Translations under genes and position numbers: made by a program
The notes under the pieces: model-generated
Database searches by the model: none
What the model was told of the DNA's origin: nothing
What the model saw: only the letters and a program-made list of their open reading frames with translations
Shown here: piece after piece, positions 35,701-44,700 of the stretch
How the letters are laid out: each line of letters opens with the position of its first letter
Position numbering within the stretch: the first letter of the stretch is position 1
Assembly (NCBI GenBank): GCA_950097015.1
Contig: CATNEN010000033.1
Location: 1,116,001 to 1,180,000 of the forward strand
DNA from: Macrostomum hystrix
Lineage: Eukaryota; Animalia; Platyhelminthes
Direction: 5' to 3'
DNA: 64,000 nucleotides

Positions 35701-38700
35701 CTTACATCCAGGTATTGGAAGTTGCCGAACGGCACCGGACTGTAGGTGGGATGGTCGGCCAGGTAGTCGAACCACTGGTCGAAGCCTTTCAGTTGCTCTG
35801 CAAAATCAGGTGTTGGAGATTTTTTGGCTAAAATATTATTGCAGGGACTGTGGGTCTGACAATTTCACGCTAAGATCCCAAAGCCTTCTCTCCTTGATTT
35901 GAGCTAGGGCACTTTGGTCTGAGCTACAATTGCTGCCCTGCGATACCAATCCCGCTCCTTACTCTTATCGATCACCGCGTTAATCTCCTCCGGGTAGAAG
36001 CCCAGCGGTCTGATGTCGCCGGAGTCCACCGGGAACTGACGGCCAGCCTGCAGGTCCTCCGGCTGCGCCACCTCTAGCAGTCCGTCGCGGATGCTTGTGA
36101 CGACGCCTGGGAGCCAGGTCTGTCCCACCCCAGTGCGGAACAGCAGAAGCATGCCCGGGTGGAAGTGCAGGGTTGACACGTGCTGCGGGAGAGCGACAGT
36201 TTGAGAATTTTTTTAAACAGTGGCTATCGATTTAATTGTAATTAACCAATCATACTAATCGATAGCACCCGCACCATTTTGGTCAGATGTGCAGCCGACA
36301 GCACAGCCGCAGCTAATGCGCGGCTCATCTGAAGGCTGCGTACGGCTGTTCAGTCCATGGACTGGTGAGATGCCACAACCACCATAATTTACCCCAGCTA
36401 ATGATATTATCCGTTTAACAGCTGGGTGAACTGAAGCAATGCAGAGTTAAGTATCTCTTTAATTGCTTCAGTGTAGTCAAGAATCGAACCACTAACCTTC
36501 AAGTCATGAGTCCGACACTCTACACACTAGGCTAGAAACTCCCCATTCTTAGTTACTTCTTCACTTCAAGTGCATTTTCTACGGTTGGAGCCACTATTAA
36601 AAGTCCGGAAGTTGATGAGGCTGTACTGTGGAGAATCGCTGATTGCCGTACAGGATTACCCCCTTGGTACTTCTATTATTAATTAACAAGATGCGGGAGA
36701 ACTTCTTAATAACGAATCGCAAGTCTCACAGCGAATTCCGGACAGCCCAGAATGAGCAGATTCCGTCCACCAAGATCGGCCGGCTGCTGATCATCTTCAG
36801 GCAGCGGGTAGCGGGCTCGCACGAACGCGTGGAGATGATCCGTGATGGGAGCGCGCAGCAGGACCTCGCCGTTGACCAGCACCTCCAGCTGGTTGAAATA
36901 GCACTGGGAAAAGAGAGAAACCAAATTGCAGGTGGATTGTTAGTCTCAGTAGTGCATCGGCTGTGAACTATTGTCAATAGAACAGAATTAAGCTGTTTCC
37001 ATGCCATTGGGAGCATCTTCAGCTGGGAGGCTGCAAGATTCATTTATCAAACAAACTGCTATGCCAGGATCAACACACCTGACAAGATTCGCTTGGCTAT
37101 TTCAGAAAATAGTTTTATATGATCATCTTGCGATGCGAAATGCTTGCTATAAACAATCCTAATCCCAGATTTGATAAAAAGGCCAAAGCTTACATCGTAA
37201 TGCTCATTGTAGACGCAGCTCTCGATGCTGAAGACCACAGTCGTGATCGGGTCATCAGCCCGCAGACTGTTGTCCTCTAGCTGTCTGGCAAACTCCCACT
37301 CGTGCACTGCGCCGGTCTTCAGTGTGAACTTCAGTCGGCCATCGCACAGCGTCACGCCGATGATGACGTCATCGTCTGCGCCGGAGGCATCGCTCAGGGC
37401 CAGAAAGACGGCCAGCTCGCAGCCAGGGCGCCGCAGAAGGCCGACCTCGAGCTTGTCGAAGCTGGCGTGCCTCATCGGCTGGCGCGACCGGAGCAGCGTC
37501 TCCAGCGTCACCGTGCGCTGGTCATCCGAGCGCTCGTCGTCGAATTTCGGACGTCTGGCGGCCACCAGCAGGTTTCCCCGCAGCGAGGCTGGGAGGCCGG
37601 CGACCACTTCGAAGGCCTTCGTGGCGAATGTCGGATAGACGCGGCAGAAGTGGCGCCACAACTTAGTCACCGTGTTCTTCCACAGAAAACAGTGCTCGCA
37701 GGAGAAGGAGTTCTGGTAGCGATCCATCCAGTCGTGTCGTGGAAACGGCGCGATTCGATACCACATGAAGCGCCAGTCAGAGTCAGTCATCTGCTTGACG
37801 CGGCACTTGGTGCAGCTCTTGTGGCTAGTTAGAGTGCGTCCCACTTCCGGCACCGAGAATGTGTTCTTCAGGCCCGAGTGGAAGCACTCACCGCGGCAGT
37901 AGACTCGCAGCTAGTTGGCCAGGGTATATCAGACACTGTCCACTTCCTTCCCGGACCCTTGCAGCCACCTCACTCCAAGGCCGACACTTCAGACCCTGTT
38001 CACTTCCTTCCCGGACCCTCGCAGCCACCTCACTCTAAGCCCGATACCTCACACCCTGCCCGTTTCCTTCTCTGACCCTCGCAGCCACCTCACTCCAAGC
38101 CCGATACCTCACACCCTGCCCGCGTCCTTCTCTGACCCTCGCAGCCACCTCACTCTAAGCCCGATACCTCACACCCTGCCCGTTTCCTTCTCTGACCCTC
38201 GCAGCCACCTCACTCCAAGCCCGATACCTCACACCCTGCCCGTTTCCTTCTCTGACCCTCGCAGCCACCTCACTCTAAGCCCGACATCCTATTTAAATAC
38301 GTCCTATTAAAAAAGTACAAAAAACTATGACGTCACCACGTCTTGCTTACCTTGTGATGCAGATAAGGGTACTCGGCAGCGACAGACTCCAGAATGGTTA
38401 GTAAGTCACTGAAGCAGGACCACATGTACTCTTTCAAGACGTCGCTGTTGGCTCCGGGTATCATTTCGTTAACACGACACTCGAAGTCGATTGAAGACGA
38501 AGCCAAAGCTGGAGAAGAAATCAAGAATTATTTGGCTGGAGTGGCTAGAGTGGCTGATTTGGCTGGAGTCTGGAGTGGCTGGTTTGGCTGGGGGGTGGCT
38601 GGTTTGGCTGGAGTGGCTGGGGTGGCTGGTTTGGCTGGAGTGGCTGGGGTGGCTGGAGTGGCTGGTTTGGCTGGAGTGGCTGATTTGGCTGAAGTGGCTG

Positions 38701-41700
38701 GTTTGGCTGGTTTGGCTGGTTTGGCTGGTTTTGCAAGAGTGGCTGGTTTGGCTGGGGTGGCTGGTTTGGCTGGGGTCGCTGGTTTTGCTGGGGTTGGATG
38801 GTTTTGCTGGAGTGGCTGGTTTGGCTGGGGTGGCTGGGGTTGCTGGTTTGGCTGGGTTTGCTGGTTTGGCTGGGGTGGCTGGTTTGGCTGGGGTTGCTGG
38901 TTTGGCTGGAGTGGCTGGTTTGGCTGGAGTGGCTGGTTTGGCTGAAGTGGCTGGTTTGGCTGGTTTTGCTGGTTTGGCTGGGGTGGCTGGTTTGGCTGGG
39001 GTTGGCTGGTTTGGCTGGGGTGGCTGGGGTTGCTGGTTTGGCTGGTTTAGCTGGGGTGGCTGGGGTTGCTGGTTTGGCTGGGGTTGGCTGGTTTGGCTGG
39101 GGTGGCTGGGGTTGCTGGTTTGGCTGGTTTAGCTGGGGTGGCTGGGGTTGCTGGTTTGGCTGGGGGAGAGCTATTTGATGGCTCCCAGCTGTCCGTTTAA
39201 TAAACTCCAGGCACCCGGGCGCTCACTGGAGTGCAGGCCGTAAGTGCAGAGGATGTCGCACACGCCCCGCTGCACGTGCATGCCGGTGCGCCACAGCTGC
39301 ACCACTCCGCTGGCTGTCGGGTTCTGCATGCAGGCCGCGGCGAATCTCGCCAGCAGGTTGGCCGGGAAGCCGACGCGGAATTTGACGGAGAAAAGCAGGC
39401 AGAGATCCCCAGCCGGGAAGGCCTCAGACTGCAGGTCGGGCATGTACAGGCTCTTGTGGTGCCGCATTGACAGCTTCTCCTCGCTCGCGCTCAGCCGGAG
39501 CGACACCCGGGGCTCCAGGCGGGACCAGAGGAAATAACGACTGCTGGAGGCCGCGGCTGCGTGCAGCAGGCGGGCGACCCGGCCGGCCTGGGTTGACTCG
39601 CGCACCGTGTCAGTGCGGCCAAGCAGCCCGAAGCGCAATAGGATGCGGCGCAGGGCCTCTGCCTGATTGGGGGAGAGGGGAATTCAGGGAGGTTAGAAAA
39701 TAGGGAAATGGGGATTTTAGAAAATAGGGAAATGGGGAGATTAGAAAATAGGGAAATGGGGAGATTAGAAAATAGGGAAATAGGGAGGTTAGAAAATAGG
39801 GAAATGGGGATGTTAGAAAATAGGGAAATGGGGATGTTAGAAAAAAGGGAAATGGGGAGATTAGAAAATAGGGAAATGGGGAGGTTAGAAAATAGGGAAA
39901 TGGGGATGTTAGAAAATAGGGAAATGGGGATGTTAGAAAAAAGGGAAATGGGGAGATTAGAAAATAGGGAAATGGGGAGGTTAGAAAATAGGGAAATGGG
40001 GATGTTAGAAAATAGGGAAATGGGGAGGTTAGAAAATAGGGAAATGGGGATGTTAGAAAATAGGGAAATGGGGATGTTAGAAAATAGGGAAATGGGGAGA
40101 TTAGAAAATAGGGAAATGGGGAGATAGCTAAATTGTGAGATTAGGAAATTGGGAGATTGGGAAATTGGGAGATTGGGAGATTGGGAAATTGGGAGATTGG
40201 GAAATTGGGAGATTGGGAAATCGGGATATTGGGAAATTAAGAGATTAGGAAATTGGGAGATTGGGAATCTTAATGTCTTAATTACGTTATGAAGACAAGA
40301 CTTGAAATCGACAAAAATTTATTGTCAGACAAGAATAAGTACAATATCACAAAGTATCACAGAACCTCGTCTTCTGTTGCCTCAGCGGCGATGAGCTCAT
40401 TGCGCAGCTCTTCCCCGCTGAGCGCCGGCACGGAGCGACCCAGCACCCAGCAGCTGTCACCATTGCGGTAGTCGGCAATGGCGTCGAGACGAGCCAGGCA
40501 GGCCATGAACCAGGCGGGGTCCAGCACCACTGGCTGGCCGGACACGTTAGGAAAGAAAAGCAGCTTGCCCTGAACAAAATCAAATTGCCCAGAGTTTTAC
40601 TACTTGTAGTAGAAATACGCATTTTTTGCTTTGGTTTTAAAAAAAACAAAACAGACTCACCATCTGGTGCAGCTTCTTGAGCAGCCCGACTGTTCGCCTG
40701 GTGTCCTCAGGCGGTAGACCCAGTTCAGTCATCAGCACCTTCAAAGGAAAGAGCCGACGCCACTGCTGCTGCTGCTGCTGCTGCTGAGAAGCCAAGAAGC
40801 CGGCTAGTCTGTCAGCTAGTCTCCAGTTGGCTTCGGTGAGTCGGCGGGTCTCCCACAGCTGCAGCGAGTTGGCGGCCGTCCTGGCCAGTTGAGTAACGTG
40901 ATGCGCAAGGCGATTTCCCTGTGAAAAAATAAAAGCTTGGGCATTTTAGTAGTCGACAGGTAAAGTCCGAGGCATGTATGAATGAAAGTCCGATCAAGAG
41001 GATAGCACTGGATGAATGATCGATTAAAAAACTTCTCCTATACATATCAAAACTCTTATCACAACGCCTCACTTCATGCTCTAACCTTCATCACACCCAC
41101 CTCACTCCATACTCTAACCCTCATCACACCCACCTCACTCCATACTCTAACCCTCATGACAGCCACCTCACTCCATACTCTAACCCTCATCACACCCACC
41201 TCACTCCATACTCTAACCCTCATCACAGCCACCTCACTCCATACTCAAACCCTCATCACACCCACCACACTCATTCTCTAAGCCGTATCTTATTCATCCA
41301 AACACATCCATACAGTTACCTCTTTCTCGGCCCTAGAAGATTCCGTGGCCGCAAAGCTGGACGGGTTAAGCTCCTGCTCGTGCTCCTTCACCAGCAGCAG
41401 GTACTTGATTACGGCATAGACGTAGAGCCACATGCAGTTGGTGATGTTGAACAACTTCTTCGCCTAGCGGGTGAAGTAGAATTGTGAATTCTATATGATA
41501 TCAAAGTTCAGGCAATGCAAACTGGCCCTAACAGCAAAGAAAAAAATGCTCACCTGCTCGCCAAAAGTTTCCCACTCTGGAACCAAGGCAATCAGGCTGG
41601 CTAACAGCTCGCTGTGTCTGCCGGTAAGAGACTCGGACTGGAAATGAGTACGCGGGCTTGGTGTGGCGGCAGGTTCGGCTGGGTGGCTGGTTTGGCTGGG

Positions 41701-44700
41701 GTGGCTGGTTTGGCTGGGGTGGCTGGGGTGGCTCGGGTGGCTGGGGTGGCTCGGGTGGCTGGTTTTGCTAGAGTGGCTGGGGTGGCTAGGGTGGCAGGTT
41801 TGGCTTGTTTTTGCTGGCGTGGCTAGTTTGGCTGCGGTGGCTGGTTTGGCTGGGGTGGCTGGTTTGGCTGGGGTGGCTGGGATGGCTGGTTTGGCTGGGG
41901 TGGCTGGGGTGGCTGGGGTGGCTGGGGTGGCTGGTTTGGCTTGTTTTTGCTGGGTGGCTGGTTTGGCTGGGGTGGCTGGGATGGCTGGTTTGGCTGGGGT
42001 GACTGGGGTGGCTGGGGTGGCTGGGGTGGCTGGGGTGGCTGGTTTGGCTGGGGTGGCTGGTTTGGCTGGGGTGGCTGGTTTGTCTGGGGTGGCTTGTTTG
42101 GCTGGGGTGGCTGGGATGGCTGGTTTGGCTGGGGTGACTGGGGTGGCTGGGGTGGCTGGGGTGGCTGGGGTGGCTGGGGTGGCTGGGGTGGCTGGTTTGG
42201 CTTGTTTTTGCTGGGTGGCTGGTTTGGCTGGGGTGGCTGGGATGGCTGGTTTGGCTGGGGTGGCTGGGGTGGCTGTTGTGGCTGGGGTGGCTGGGGTGGC
42301 TGGTTTGGCTTGTTTTTGCTGGGTAGCTGGTTTGGCTGGGGTGGCTGGGGTGGCTGTTGTGGCTGGGGTGGCTGGGGTGGCTGGTTTGGCTTGTTTTTGC
42401 TGGGTGGCTGGTTTGGCTGGGGTGGCTGGTTTGGCTGGGGTGGCTGGTTTGGCTGGGGTGGCTGGTTTGGCTTGTTTTTGCTGGGTGGCTGGTTTGGCTG
42501 GGGTGGCTGGTTTGGCTTGTTTTTGCTGGGTGGCTGGTTTGGCTGGGGTGGCTGGTTTGGCTGGGGTGGCTGGGGTGGCTGGGGTGGCTGGGGTGACTGG
42601 GGTGGCTGGGGTGGCTGGTTTGGCTGGGGTGGCTGGGGTGGCTGGGGTGGCTGGTTTGGCTTGTTTTTGCTGGGTGGCTGGTTTGGCTGGGGTGGCTGGT
42701 TTGGCTGGGGTGGCTGGGGTGGCTGGGATGGCTGGGGTGACTGGGGTGGCTGGGGTGGCTGGTTTGGCTGGGGTGGCTGGGGTGGCTGGGGTGGCTGGTT
42801 TGGCTTGTTTTTGGTTGGTTTGGCTGGTTTGGTTGGTTTGGGGTGGCGGGGATGGCTGGTTTGGCTGGGGTGGCTGGGGTGGCTGGGGTGGCTGGGGTGG
42901 CTGGGATGGCTGGGGTGGCTGGGGTGGCTGGGATGGCTGGTTTGACTGGGGTGGCTGGGGTGGCTGGTTTGGCTGGGGTGGCTGGGGTGGCTGGGGTGAC
43001 TGGGGTGGCTGGGGTGGCTGGTTTGGCTGGGGTGGCTGGGGTGGCTGGGGTGGCTGGGGTGGCTGGGGTGGCTGGGGTGGCTGGGGTGGCTGTTGTGGCT
43101 GGGGTGGCTGGGGTGGCTGGTTTGGCTTGTTTTTGCTGGGTGGCTGGTTTGGCTGGGGTGGCTGGGATGGCTGGTTTGGCTGGGGTGGCTGGGGTGGCTG
43201 GGGTGGCTGGGGTGGCTGGTTTGGCTTGTTTTTGCTGGGTGGCTGGTTTGGCTGGGGTGGCTGGGGTGGCTGGTTTGGCTGGGGTGACTGGGGTGGCTGG
43301 GGTGGCTGGTTTGGCTGGGGTGGCTGGGGTGGCTGGGGTGGCTGGGGTGGCTGGTTTGGCTGGGGTGGCTGGGGTGGCTGGGGTGGCTGGGGTGGCTGGG
43401 GTGGCTGGGGTGGCTGGTTTGGCTGGGGTGGCTGGGGTGGCTGGGGTGACTGGGGTGGCTGGGGTGGCTGGTTTGGCTGGGGTGGCTGGGGTGGCTGGGG
43501 TGGCTGGTTTGGCTTGTTTTTGCTGGGTGGCTGGTTTGGCTGGGGTGACTGGGGTGGCTGGGGTGGCTGGTTTGGCTGGGGTGGCTGGTGGCGGATTTGG
43601 CAGTGGTGATGGTTTGGAGAGGTGGATAGACACACAGGGCTCACAATATACTGCATGTCCTTGAAGCGCAGCAGGAAGCGAGTCTCAGAAACAAGCTTTT
43701 TTACGGTAGGCCAGGCGTCGTCCTCAGTGAAGGGAATGTCGAAGATCAGCATGACGCATTTCATTGTTGTCAGGACAATCGTTGGCGGCACGGACAATGA
43801 ACGCAGCTAAAGTAAATTAATTGTTATGCTATGAGCTTGTTCTGAAATCTGGTCACCAGTAAAGGCTTTGCTTCAGCACTAGCTTACCTCTGAGAAGTCC
43901 GCCTTTGTGCAGCGATCTAGGGCATCGATGGCATACATCTACACGGATGAGTAAGAAGTAGCATTGATTTTTAGTGACGTAGAAAAATACTTGATTTGTG
44001 CAATGAGCACAGTGATCGCAGGGAATTCGTGACTACTCACATAGTCGTGCTCAGCCCAGTATTGCATCTGAGCCTGCACATTGGAATCTATTTTTACTTC
44101 GCGTAGAACAGCTTCGAACACCTGTAATCAATTGAGCCAATTGTTATTAATCAATCACTCCATCCTCTAACCAAGACACACCTCACTCAATCCTCGGACC
44201 CACAACACACCCACCTCACTCTCTTTTCTAACCTGAAACCACCAATCTCACTCAATTCTTTGACCCCAAGACACCCACCTCAATTCATCCAATACATCCC
44301 AAGACCACCACCATTCGCTGACTCACAGCACACCCACCCCACTATAACCTCTAACCCCGACGCACCCCACCTCAATCGTTTTCTAACCCCCAACACACCC
44401 ACCTTACTCCTTTTTCTAACCCCCAACACACCCACCTACTTTAATGTTTTGACCCCTAGACACCCACCTCACTCCATCCGCTGACTCACAACACACCCAC
44501 CTCACTACATCCTCTAACCCCCAACACACCCACCTACTTTAATGTTTTGACCCCTAGACACCCACCTCACTCCATCCGCTGACTCACAACACACCCACCT
44601 CACTACATCCTCTAACCCCCAACACACCCACCCTACTCCATTTTCTATTGATCTTTTCAACCGTTTGCATTTCAAAATCGGCACTGACCCAGTCCTGCTT

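Noticed and set aside
41614-43664. Long collagen-like/GW-rich/PQ-rich ORFs (648, 615, 334, 273 aa etc.)
   Set aside because: Translations of the 9-bp satellite, open in several frames at once; flanked by canonical splice sites of exons 9 and 10.
41320-43938. A fragment of a true dynein heavy-chain gene
   Set aside because: No AAA, linker or long stalk coiled-coil exons on either side; neighbours splice in phase into Roc-like and COR exons.
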